A DNA stretch of 64,000 bases from a virus (taxonomy: Duplodnaviria > Caudoviricetes), in IMG/VR virus record IMGVR_UViG_3300043812_000016, positions 1 through 64,000 of that record. The stretch is one strand, 5' to 3'. Below are positions 9,929 to 19,132 of this stretch, in pieces (within the stretch, counting starts at the first letter, position 1; every line of letters starts with the position of its first letter). The position numbers and the translations under genes are program-made. Below the pieces are notes generated by a model that did no database searches, was not told where the DNA came from, and saw only the letters and a list, made by a program, of their open reading frames with translations.

Positions 9929-11407
9929 GTCAACTACCACCGATTAAAATCGGTGGCTTGTAGCTCACAAGCCTAACGGCTCAGAAGTAGTAACGCACTA
10001 TGTGCTCCTCCATACAGTGACTACATTTGGGCGGTTGACAACGCCCTCTATTAACAACATATCAGTCGCTAACGTTATTGTTTAATTCAAATTTAGGATG
10101 CTCATTACCAGCAATATATTGTTTACCTAAGTCATATAAATTCATAGCACCTATACGATCATCATTCGTAGTGAAACCACAATGACCACACTTATATAAA
10201 TGCAATCTATGGTTACGATTATTCTTCCTAATTTGTCCGCATTTAGGACACCGTTGGCTGGTATAAGCGGCACTAACTGTTAGAACTTGTGAGTGACTAA
10301 TCTGTGCTTTATAAGTTAGCTTCATAGCTAAATCATAGAAACTCCATGAATGTAAATCATGGGTAGCATCCTTAGTAGCATATCTACGTTCAAAGGTAAC
10401 ATTAGTTAAGTCTTCCAAAACAAAGAGGGTGTCCGAACCATAATAATCAACGAGTGTCTTAGATAACTGATGGTTCACATCAGACATCCAACGGTTCTCT
10501 CGCTGACCTAGCTTCTTCAAATGACGTTTAGCTGATTTAGTTCCTTTGCTTTGTAATTGTCTCCTTAAATAAGCAAACTTCTTACGCTTATATGCAATAC
10601 TCTTACCACTAAAGAATTTAGTATTACCGTATTCATCATAAATGGTCATAATTTGTCGTAACCCACGATCTATACCAACAATATGTTTATTAGTAGTTTT
10701 ATCCCAACTATCTAATTCCATAGTTACTGGGATATGTAAGAACCAATGTCCACTTGATTGAACTAGCTTAGCAGTACCCAATTTAGCATTTTGTGTAAAC
10801 CAGTCTTGTGTATATTTATCATTAAATTTAACCTTAATTCGCTTACCTAAAACATTAAGGGATATTAAAGTTCCTTGTTTAACGAATGAATAATTTACGT
10901 TTCGCACATAATCAGCTTGTGGTCTACTAAACTTAATCGGATTATGCAACCAGTTTAAGTCACGATCATATTGATACCACTTACCAGTATTCTTGTCTTG
11001 AAAATGGTAAGGATGTTGAAAAAGCTGTTGCCTAACTGTCTTATAATGTGCATCTACGGTTCGATAAGTAGACTGCACCATTGCTGAGTTCAAACTTGGG
11101 TACCTTTTACGTAAATCATGATACAACTGATGATTAAAGTCATTACGTCCTACTTCAAAATGATGATCGAATACCCATTGACTCACTACATTACAAACAT
11201 CACGATACAATCTAGCAATATCCATAAATTCTTGAGCCTGTTCATTAGTTGGATACAACCTAACTTTACTCGTTAAGGATAATTTCATTTAACCCTCACC
11301 TCTTTTCTTTATCCATAATCATTATAACACATCTTGGATAAAAGACTACCCCAAAATAAAAGAGCCTTATATCCCACGACTAAAGTCACGAGGTTCATGG
11401 CTCTTTT
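9929..11407 (-). mobile_element. IS200/IS605-family (IS1341-like, tnpB-only) insertion sequence
   Basis: left-end hairpin ctcgtgactttagtcgtggg next to TTAA; right end caagccaccgattttaatcggtggtagttgac; no tnpA; interrupts a small ORF. Confidence 0.85.
10062..11288 (-). CDS. tnpB: TnpB RNA-guided endonuclease
   Basis: N-terminal KVRLYPT, RuvC I VGIDRG, RuvC II VLEDL, zinc finger CPKC/CGHC, RuvC III DRIGAMN. Confidence 0.93.
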   Translation of the reverse strand: MKLSLTSKVRLYPTNEQAQEFMDIARLYRDVCNVVSQWVFDHHFEVGRNDFNHQLYHDLRKRYPSLNSAMVQSTYRTVDAHYKTVRQQLFQHPYHFQDKNTGKWYQYDRDLNWLHNPIKFSRPQADYVRNVNYSFVKQGTLISLNVLGKRIKVKFNDKYTQDWFTQNAKLGTAKLVQSSGHWFLHIPVTMELDSWDKTTNKHIVGIDRGLRQIMTIYDEYGNTKFFSGKSIAYKRKKFAYLRRQLQSKGTKSAKRHLKKLGQRENRWMSDVNHQLSKTLVDYYGSDTLFVLEDLTNVTFERRYATKDATHDLHSWSFYDLAMKLTYKAQISHSQVLTVSAAYTSQRCPKCGQIRKNNRNHRLHLYKCGHCGFTTNDDRIGAMNLYDLGKQYIAGNEHPKFELNNNVSD

Positions 11408-11689
11408 TAACTAAAATATTATTACTCATTATAAGCCTCCATGTTTAATGTTATTGACAACCAACAAAGTTAATAAGTCAAACAAGACCATTAAAAGCAA
11501 AATTAATAGAATTACCATTATTAACACCCCGGATTATATAGTACCAAAAACAAGTAAACAACAGTACAGAATATCCACCCACCTAAGTAGATGAAAAGCT
11601 TAAAATCTGGGAATGCTTGAGTAATTCCCCATAGAAAGGCAAAACAAATAGCAATGTAAACTAAGTATAAAACCATCCTTACAACTTCC

Positions 11690-11801
11690 TTTCCTTATTT
11701 CAATTATAAGTATAACACTTTTAGTTTAATTTTCAACTACTTTTGTACAAAAAGATAAAAATAAAAAGTCCTAATAAGGACTTTACATAGTACTATACAT
11801 T
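11690..11801 (-). repeat. terminator+promoter cassette, copy 1 (copy 2 12725-12837; promoter part also ~19035-19080; terminator part ~14440-14472)
   Basis: shared tttcaattataagtataacacttttagtt...aaaag(t/c)cctaataaggactttacatagtactatacatt. Confidence 0.85.
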
Positions 11802-11828
11802 ATCAAATGGTAAAATACTTTTCATGAG

Positions 11829-12704
11829 TTAATATCTTTTCTTTCGCTTTCCTAGAGCAAACATTGCTGTTAAACTAGCAAGTGCCAAACCGCCTAATCC
11901 AGCCTTACTATTAGCATTCCCAGTTTGTGGTAGTTCTTTAGCTTGTCTAGGCTGGTTATTAGTTGACTGTGACTGATTATCTTTAATAAACAGTCCATTA
12001 CCATACTGTTGGTTGTTTTGCTGTGACTGTGACTGTAAGGATTGCTTATATTCTTGACGAGTCATGTACTGCATATTATCACTATCCTTAATTACTGCAT
12101 TATCTGGCAAAGCTCCAGACCAGTCTTGATACTGATAAGTTTTAGTTTGATCCTTATAATAATGGTCTAAACCGTCACTATTAACATTGTGTACACTACC
12201 ATCTGGGTCTTGCCAAGTAACTTCATTTGTTAAACCTAATTGTTGGCTACTTACAGGCTTACTGCTTTCTTGATCATCATTATTCTGTTTAAGTGATTGA
12301 CCCATTGGAGTGTCTGCCTGAAAGTCCCCACCAGTTTGCTCAAAGGTACTGCCATTAGCATTATCCTGCGGCTTCTGGCTCTGCGACTTCTCATACTGGC
12401 TGACATCATAGTTGTGCAACTCATCTCCCAGACGTGTCTGTGATCGTAGCCATTCCTGATACATGGCCCCAGCCTTCGCATCAGCGGTTATGTAGGCGTT
12501 ACTGAAACGATCACCATGACCCTGTTCCCAAGCTTGTTGGCGCTCTTGCAATCCCTGCTGATACTGGTTCCAGTAGTATTGGATCTGCTGATTACCATGG
12601 GATTCAATCTGGCTTTGGGTTTCATCAGCCTTAGCATTTTCAGAAAGACTACCTAATGCTAAACCACTGCAAATGAATGATGTTACTAAAAGTGTTTTCT
12701 TCAT
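11829..12704 (-). CDS. sortase-anchored surface protein (signal peptide + LPXTG)
   Basis: MKK signal peptide ending AKA-D, Gln-rich body, LPQTG + hydrophobic helix + KRKKRY tail. Confidence 0.88.
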   Translation of the reverse strand: MKKTLLVTSFICSGLALGSLSENAKADETQSQIESHGNQQIQYYWNQYQQGLQERQQAWEQGHGDRFSNAYITADAKAGAMYQEWLRSQTRLGDELHNYDVSQYEKSQSQKPQDNANGSTFEQTGGDFQADTPMGQSLKQNNDDQESSKPVSSQQLGLTNEVTWQDPDGSVHNVNSDGLDHYYKDQTKTYQYQDWSGALPDNAVIKDSDNMQYMTRQEYKQSLQSQSQQNNQQYGNGLFIKDNQSQSTNNQPRQAKELPQTGNANSKAGLGGLALASLTAMFALGKRKKRY

Positions 12705-12724
12705 TTTAATAACTTCCTTTCCTG

Positions 12725-12837
12725 TTTCCTTATTTCAATTATAAGTATAACACTTTTAGTTGAATTTTCAACTGTTTTTTTTTGCAAAAAAATAAAAATA
12801 AAAAGCCCTAATAAGGACTTTACATAGTACTATACAT
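12725..12837 (-). repeat. terminator+promoter cassette, copy 2
   Basis: direct repeat of 11690-11801. Confidence 0.85.
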
Positions 12838-12992
12838 TTATTATTACAACATACTCTCAACGTATGTACTCCCTCATTATTTTAGCTACTGATCAAGCTA
12901 ACAACCAGTTAAGGCTAAAAATAGTTGGGCAAGTGTGTCAACCTAAATACCCCTCCTATTCTACCTGCTATTCGGCGATGATTGTGTTGATA

Positions 12993-14210
12993 TTACTGAT
13001 GTCTAATTAGTAATCGTGAGTACAATAACTTTATATAACCATCTATAGTAGAGGTAACATAATAAGTACCGACTGGTGGTTCTTTAAGTAAGATTGCTGG
13101 TACAGTATCTCTTGTTTTACGGTGTTCTGTTTGCCTAACTTCACCATCTATACTCTTAAATCCGTCTACATTAAGATACTTAACAATTGTTGGTATCTTA
13201 TTAATACTACCCCACTTACTACCATTAGCCTGCCCTAATATCTTATAATGCTTACTCATATAAGAGCCTTCACTAAACTTAAATAGTGCTGTGATTGGCA
13301 CTCCATAGACTGGATTAGTAATCCTTACTTTAATTGGCTTATACTCTGGTTGCTTTAAGTCAGTAGTAGAATTAGGATCATCAAGTACCTCTAAGTCTGA
13401 TTGGTAAAAGTCTTGCCAAAATGGTAATCTTGCTAATGGAATATAAGCAATAATATCATTATCCACCGGTAAGTCATTAACTCTAGCTACCTCAAATGCT
13501 GGATAATTATCATAGTTAGGATTCTCCTCTAGGTTATAATGCTTAACAGGCTTAAAATTATCTGCTTGATTATCTAGGGTTAGATTAGTGAAGGTAGTAA
13601 TCATCGGAATCTTAGAATAATAGTGACCATCATTTATCTTATCGGTTAAATGCTGATTATGCTTGTAATCCTTGGGTACTCTAAAAATCATATTCTTACC
13701 AGCAATCCCACCTACCCAAACTTGATGGTTCATTAGTAATGAAAAGAACTGCTTATAGGTAATTGCATTCTGGTTAGCCCAAACAACAAACTTCTTATGA
13801 TACTTAGTTAAAAGAGCAATATATTCCCTAAACTTAGAAAATGGCGGATTAGTTACTACTATATCAGCCTGCTTTAAGTATTCAATGCACTCATTAGAAG
13901 CAAAATCACCGTTACCTAGTAAAGGAGTTACTGATAAGGCTTTATCATTACCTACATACTCCCAAGCACAAACATTGCCATTCGGATTATAATAAGTAGC
14001 AATCAGCTTCTTTAAATGTAAGCGTTTGAAATTATTATAAAAATACTTCCAGAAATTAGAATATTTTGGGTTATCACAATTGCAATACACTATCTTACCC
14101 TTAAAGTGATTAGTATAAAGACTTAGTTCCTTATCTATATCCTTATAGAGAGTATAGAACTCATCTTTTTTATTATGCTTTGCTAAGTCTAATGTTGCAT
14201 TAGTAGCCAA
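12993..14210 (-). CDS. adenine-specific DNA methyltransferase, EcoRI_methylase-like
   Basis: KKDEFYT, VYCNCD, GNGDF, DIVVTNPPFS, NAITYK motifs. Confidence 0.88.
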   Translation of the reverse strand: MATNATLDLAKHNKKDEFYTLYKDIDKELSLYTNHFKGKIVYCNCDNPKYSNFWKYFYNNFKRLHLKKLIATYYNPNGNVCAWEYVGNDKALSVTPLLGNGDFASNECIEYLKQADIVVTNPPFSKFREYIALLTKYHKKFVVWANQNAITYKQFFSLLMNHQVWVGGIAGKNMIFRVPKDYKHNQHLTDKINDGHYYSKIPMITTFTNLTLDNQADNFKPVKHYNLEENPNYDNYPAFEVARVNDLPVDNDIIAYIPLARLPFWQDFYQSDLEVLDDPNSTTDLKQPEYKPIKVRITNPVYGVPITALFKFSEGSYMSKHYKILGQANGSKWGSINKIPTIVKYLNVDGFKSIDGEVRQTEHRKTRDTVPAILLKEPPVGTYYVTSTIDGYIKLLYSRLLIRHQ

Positions 14211-14680
14211 ATAAACACCTCATTATATCTTTTTATTCTATAATAGGGCGTTTACTAATTATTATTAACTTTTTATAGCTATAAACTAAAAGTGGTCATT
14301 ACAACTACTGTAACAACCACTTTAGTGTTAATGCGAGAGGAGGCTTTTGACACCTCTATTTTTAATTTATTAAAATAATAAGACAATATCCATTTTATAC
14401 TATCTCATTATTCTTACTTACATCCTACCACTAATCTGCAAAAATAAAAAAGCCCTAATAAGGACTTTACATTAATTATCAGCATCGCTAACCATTGAAT
14501 ACTTATTTCCATTAGGAACAAGCTTATAGTGCAGATCCCTAGAACGGGAATACTTTACCTTGTTTATAATGACAATCAATATCTAAATAAATAGGAATAT
14601 AAGACTTATCATTAGACTGCACAATCTTAGACGTATCATGGTCATTATTATAACTGTAATTCCAATGCAGACCATAAACA

Positions 14681-15067
14681 TCAGTAGCACGCTGTGTAGT
14701 CCTTTTGATAGCTATGCTTAGTATGAGCATAATAGTCATAGGCTGGAACAGCGTTAAGATTTTGGATTACAGACTCATCCACTACCCTATCACCATCTGT
14801 TAAATAATTGTCAGAACTATCCATTAGATCAGCTTCAAAACTATACAGAGAATCCCAGTCAACGCTAGAATCTGGATCAGCCCAATCGCTAGGCATTCCA
14901 TAATAATCAACCGTTGCATTGATATGATCTACTTTAATTGGTGCAGAATCTGAAACATTAATAGTTTGTGTATGAACAGTTTTAATATTGATTGGGATAA
15001 AAATTAAAAGAACAGCAAAGAACAAAATACCGAAAACTGAATAAATTATAATTCGTTTAATCTTCAT
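14681..15067 (-). CDS. membrane-anchored hypothetical protein (3' end probably frameshifted)
   Basis: N-terminal TM helix. Confidence 0.6.
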   Translation of the reverse strand: MKIKRIIIYSVFGILFFAVLLIFIPINIKTVHTQTINVSDSAPIKVDHINATVDYYGMPSDWADPDSSVDWDSLYSFEADLMDSSDNYLTDGDRVVDESVIQNLNAVPAYDYYAHTKHSYQKDYTACY

Positions 15068-15542
15068 TAGTTATACCCAATTCCATAAAATTATAATTAG
15101 TATTAAACTTTCCATTAAAATCTTTTGCAGGTACAATTACAACTTCATGATTATCTAAAAGTTTCAAAGAAGAATAAGTATATTCAGTATAGAAAATATC
15201 TTTAACTTCCTTATAAAGATAAGCACCTATAAAAGTAAGCTCAGGCTTATTTAAAGCAAGAGATACATTAGTAGTTAGTAAAGTCATACTTAAATAATAT
15301 TTATTATCAACCCAGATAACTACATAATCGTCATCCGTTAAATCTTTTTTAGCTAAGTCTTCCTTTAATTTTTTAATTTCAGATTGCTGTTCTTTTACTT
15401 GATAAAGTAGAGAATAGCTAACATCAAGTAGATTTCTAGTACCCTTTTCCAAAGTATTGTTCAGTTCTGGGCGAGGAAACAGAAAGGAGTCACGTATTTT
15501 GTCTAAAACTTGTTCTACTTGCTCTAATTTATCCTTACTCAT
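15057..15542 (-). CDS. hypothetical protein
   Basis: overlapping operon ORF. Confidence 0.7.
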   Translation of the reverse strand: MSKDKLEQVEQVLDKIRDSFLFPRPELNNTLEKGTRNLLDVSYSLLYQVKEQQSEIKKLKEDLAKKDLTDDDYVVIWVDNKYYLSMTLLTTNVSLALNKPELTFIGAYLYKEVKDIFYTEYTYSSLKLLDNHEVVIVPAKDFNGKFNTNYNFMELGITNED

Positions 15543-16107
15543 GTTTTATCACCTCTTGTTCTACTGCGGGATCGGATAAAGTATGGATATAATAATCTTC
15601 CATATCATGAAACAGCAAAGCTAAATAACGGTGAGTATCTTCTCCATATCGCCGATCGTTTTTAGCTTCATAAACTTCTTGCATAGCCTTTCGGAATTCC
15701 TCTAAGGTATAGCCACCAAAATAGACCTTATTCTTAGGGTGAGTACGATTATATTCAAAAGTTGGAATTAATGGATTAACTGTATCTAGGGGCAAATCAT
15801 CTTTAGTCTCATATAAGATTACATAATTAAGTAAGTCAATTGAAGTTTTATCAACCGAATACTTAAAATAGTAGGCAATTAGACGAATACACAAATAAGC
15901 CAACAAACAAACTAAGACCATTGCTCCTACATAATAAAAGTACTGTTTAGGATTATTTAAGTCATTAGGAATTAAACCAGCAATAAAAACCGGAATATAA
16001 ATTAAATAACGGGTTGCAGTATAGGTGTGATTAATTTGTTGCAACACATTACGCTTATATTTCTTCGCTCTAACAGCAGTAATATAAGGTGAGATAAAGT
16101 AAACCAA
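15535..16107 (-). CDS. membrane protein
   Basis: two hydrophobic helices. Confidence 0.7.
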   Translation of the reverse strand: MVYFISPYITAVRAKKYKRNVLQQINHTYTATRYLIYIPVFIAGLIPNDLNNPKQYFYYVGAMVLVCLLAYLCIRLIAYYFKYSVDKTSIDLLNYVILYETKDDLPLDTVNPLIPTFEYNRTHPKNKVYFGGYTLEEFRKAMQEVYEAKNDRRYGEDTHRYLALLFHDMEDYYIHTLSDPAVEQEVIKHE

Positions 16108-16120
16108 TTAGAAACCCCCT

Positions 16121-16378
16121 TTATATTGTTATTGGTTTTATCTGATCATACTTCCACCACATTAACATTCTATCAATATAAACCGCATGAATCCAAGCAG
16201 GCAAGTCATCAGTAATTGATTTTATTAATGTGTGCAAGTCAGTTTTAGGTAATTGACGCAGGCGAATAGTACTGCTTACTCCTGTAATATAAAATACAGC
16301 GTCATCTTCAATGGTATCACGGATTAAGATTAACTTATAATTATCCTCTAAGGTATATACAATTTTATCTTTACTCAA
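16121..16378 (-). CDS. hypothetical protein
   Basis: ORF in operon. Confidence 0.6.
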   Translation of the reverse strand: MSKDKIVYTLEDNYKLILIRDTIEDDAVFYITGVSSTIRLRQLPKTDLHTLIKSITDDLPAWIHAVYIDRMLMWWKYDQIKPITI

Positions 16379-16543
16379 TGGAATGCGCCCCCAAGAATAT
16401 TAAAACTAGGATAGCTGGAATAAGAGCTACAACCACGCTAATCAAACCAGTTAAAACAGAGAAAATCAAATAGAGATACAGAGTATAGCAAACACCAATT
16501 GCTACAACACCTAAGATAACACCGCAAGCGCTTAAAAATCGTC

Positions 16544-17065
16544 TCATAATAAATCACCATAGACCTTTTGTCGCATTTCCTTAAAGTTCCTATAACCTAC
16601 CAGTAACAATCTAATTTCATCTAGCAAAATAAGATTAGACTGATCAAGATACCCATTTTTAATTCTGCAATGATAGGCACGTTTCCTCTTATGAATCGTC
16701 TTTTCATAATTTTTGCACATATCTCGATAAAAATGAAGATCTCCAATTACATCTCCGTAGTTTGGATACTTAGAACTGCTAAGTATAGTATTAAAACCAT
16801 ATTCTTTAGTATTTGAATTAGAAACTTTAGTAATAATCTGTTCCAAAACATTATTGAAAATATCAGAATTAAAGTTTTTTAACAAGGGATAATATGCTAA
16901 GAATGGACGAGCAATACTTGCACAGAACAAATAGCAGAACTTTCCTTGGTGCATTAATAAATAATTATAATCGTCTATTTTCTTATACAATATGTGGTGT
17001 TTTCTAAACTCATTAACATATGCTTGATCTAAAGTATCTAAAACTTCTTTTGTACTATCAGACAT
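16544..17065 (-). CDS. hypothetical protein
   Basis: ORF in operon. Confidence 0.65.
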   Translation of the reverse strand: MSDSTKEVLDTLDQAYVNEFRKHHILYKKIDDYNYLLMHQGKFCYLFCASIARPFLAYYPLLKNFNSDIFNNVLEQIITKVSNSNTKEYGFNTILSSSKYPNYGDVIGDLHFYRDMCKNYEKTIHKRKRAYHCRIKNGYLDQSNLILLDEIRLLLVGYRNFKEMRQKVYGDLL

Positions 17066-17196
17066 TTTTCATCACCCACCATCCGCCTAAAACTATCCAT
17101 ATAGGAAACAAATACAAGAACCAATCGAAGTAGGTTAAAAACAGCAAGACTTCAACCAAGGTTAATCCTGCTACCACTTTATTAAAACTAAACTTT

Positions 17197-17385
17197 TTAT
17201 TTTTTAATCGAGTCATAAACACTTACCAACTTATCTAAGGTTTTTCGCTGAATACGGCGTAGGGTATCACTATCCTTCTGCCAACGATAAACTAAAGTAG
17301 TAGATACACCTAACTTCTTTGCTAATTCATAAGGCGTAAGTCCACTATCAAATACTAACCAATAAGCTTTTTCTAAATCATTCAT
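17197..17385 (-). CDS. Cro/CI-type HTH protein
   Basis: LTPYELAKKLGVSTTLVYRW helix-turn-helix. Confidence 0.85.
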   Translation of the reverse strand: MNDLEKAYWLVFDSGLTPYELAKKLGVSTTLVYRWQKDSDTLRRIQRKTLDKLVSVYDSIKK

Positions 17386-17551
17386 CTAAATTATTCCTTT
17401 CTAACAAATCACAAACTAGTGCAACTCCTAAAACTAATGTAATTGTAATCGCACTAGCAATCGCTACTGAAAATAGTTTTAGAACTACTAAAAACGCAAT
17501 CAACAAACCTATCCCAATATACTTATTCATTTACTCCCACCCCAGATAAAA

Positions 17552-18146
17552 CTAATTATTATTATATTTCCAATAGTGATAAGAACAGACAGGCTTATAC
17601 TCACTATCGCCGATTAAAACGTTACCGTCTTGATCTACCTTATCTACCTAGCAGATTACGAGTAGCCTGTCTTGAGCAATAAGCACAGCTAAATTTAATC
17701 TTATTAATTGAGTCCGCTTCGTCTAGCCAAGCAATAGTTCCGTCAAATAAGCTAGAACGATAATCAGTTAGGAGACCATATGCAATAATACTAAAGTTAT
17801 TCTTTTGTCTTGTATTACCAAAATCTAAATCCCGACAATACTTACACATTGAATGAATCGTACTCGGATCAACAAATTGACATTCGTCAATAATAATCAT
17901 TCCGTCTTCATTATAAACTTTAGTAATAAAATCATGTAATTCTTTATCATACTTATCCAAGATGAAATCAGCCTTAGCTGAAATGCCAATCCGAGTAGAA
18001 ATTACACCCTCACCATTACGAGTATCAATCTTAGGAGAAAGGATATAAACAGGTACGCCTTTCTCTCTATTATTATGTGCTGTAATTAATAAATCAGCGG
18101 TTTTACCAGATTTCATACAACCATAATTAAAATATACTTTAAACAT
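17552..18146 (-). CDS. tdk: thymidine kinase (frameshift near 17640)
   Basis: GCMKSGKT P-loop, IIDECQF, YGLLTDY, CAYC; C-terminal IGDSEYKPVC in shifted frame. Confidence 0.9.
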
Positions 18147-18219
18147 TATAACAGTCCTTTAACTTCTAAATTCATTAAACAAAATTTACCAACAAATCAC
18201 AAAAACGCTAACACAATTT

Positions 18220-18474
18220 TTAGTCATTAGGGATAATCTTGTCATGATCTACATACTCTAATTCATAACCTTTTGCTTTTAATAGCTCCCATTCGTCCCT
18301 AAGACAGATACGATCTGTATAATGGCGATGACCAATAGGACAAGTAACATCATAGTCAACAAACACATAATTGTTAGGGTTTAGTTTTAAACTTTCAAGT
18401 TCTTTAGCAACCTTTTCTGGTAAGGGGCGTTCCTTTAATACCTTAACTAATTTAACCGTCTGTAAGCTTAGCAT
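18220..18474 (-). CDS. hypothetical protein
   Basis: ORF overlapping upstream gene. Confidence 0.6.
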   Translation of the reverse strand: MLSLQTVKLVKVLKERPLPEKVAKELESLKLNPNNYVFVDYDVTCPIGHRHYTDRICLRDEWELLKAKGYELEYVDHDKIIPND

Positions 18475-19016
18475 ACTTTCTTAACCCCACCTTCATAAAT
18501 AATTTCAGCAAGTCCTTTTATATCATTATTGTCTGTATTTTGTAGAAGAAGCAGGGGGTCTGGAACATAGAAATATTGACTATCATGTTCAATCTTTAAT
18601 TCTTCAACCCAATCATCAAGACCTAAGCAAAATTCTTCAGCATCAAATTTAGCCAAGTCATTATCGTAAGACTTACTAAAACATTTTACAAAGTTACCGA
18701 CAAGATCAGTGTCATTAGCAACTTTTTTACCTTTTTCCATATAAATTTCTTTTTCAATGTCTGTAACTAAATCATAAAAAATGCCAGTAACGTCTTCGTA
18801 TAGATCTTGTTTCCAAGTACTAAAAATAACTTTACCTAAAGAATATCCAGTAACCAGAGTTTTGATATTAGGATCATATAGGTTATAATCGCCCATCATA
18901 AATTCAGCCTTATCTTCATATTCTTCTTGTAAGGCTTTTTGCTTACCCTCTAACTCTTGAAATTTATTATAAGTCATTTCAATGTTTTCTGGAACATAAT
19001 TACCATATAAACTCAT
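18468..19016 (-). CDS. acidic hypothetical protein
   Basis: promoter cassette and RBS upstream. Confidence 0.75.
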   Translation of the reverse strand: MSLYGNYVPENIEMTYNKFQELEGKQKALQEEYEDKAEFMMGDYNLYDPNIKTLVTGYSLGKVIFSTWKQDLYEDVTGIFYDLVTDIEKEIYMEKGKKVANDTDLVGNFVKCFSKSYDNDLAKFDAEEFCLGLDDWVEELKIEHDSQYFYVPDPLLLLQNTDNNDIKGLAEIIYEGGVKKVC

Positions 19017-19132
19017 ATTATCTCTTCCTTTCCTTATCTTTCAATTATAAGTATAACACTTTTAGTTAAATATTCAACTATTTTTGTACAAAAAAAGATA
19101 AAATAAAAAGAGACTCTAAAGTCTCTTATTAA

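Noticed and set aside
14332-14408. Degenerate tRNA-like sequence on the minus strand
   Set aside because: Only partial acceptor/T stems, non-canonical T loop and AT-rich centre; at best a decayed pseudogene.
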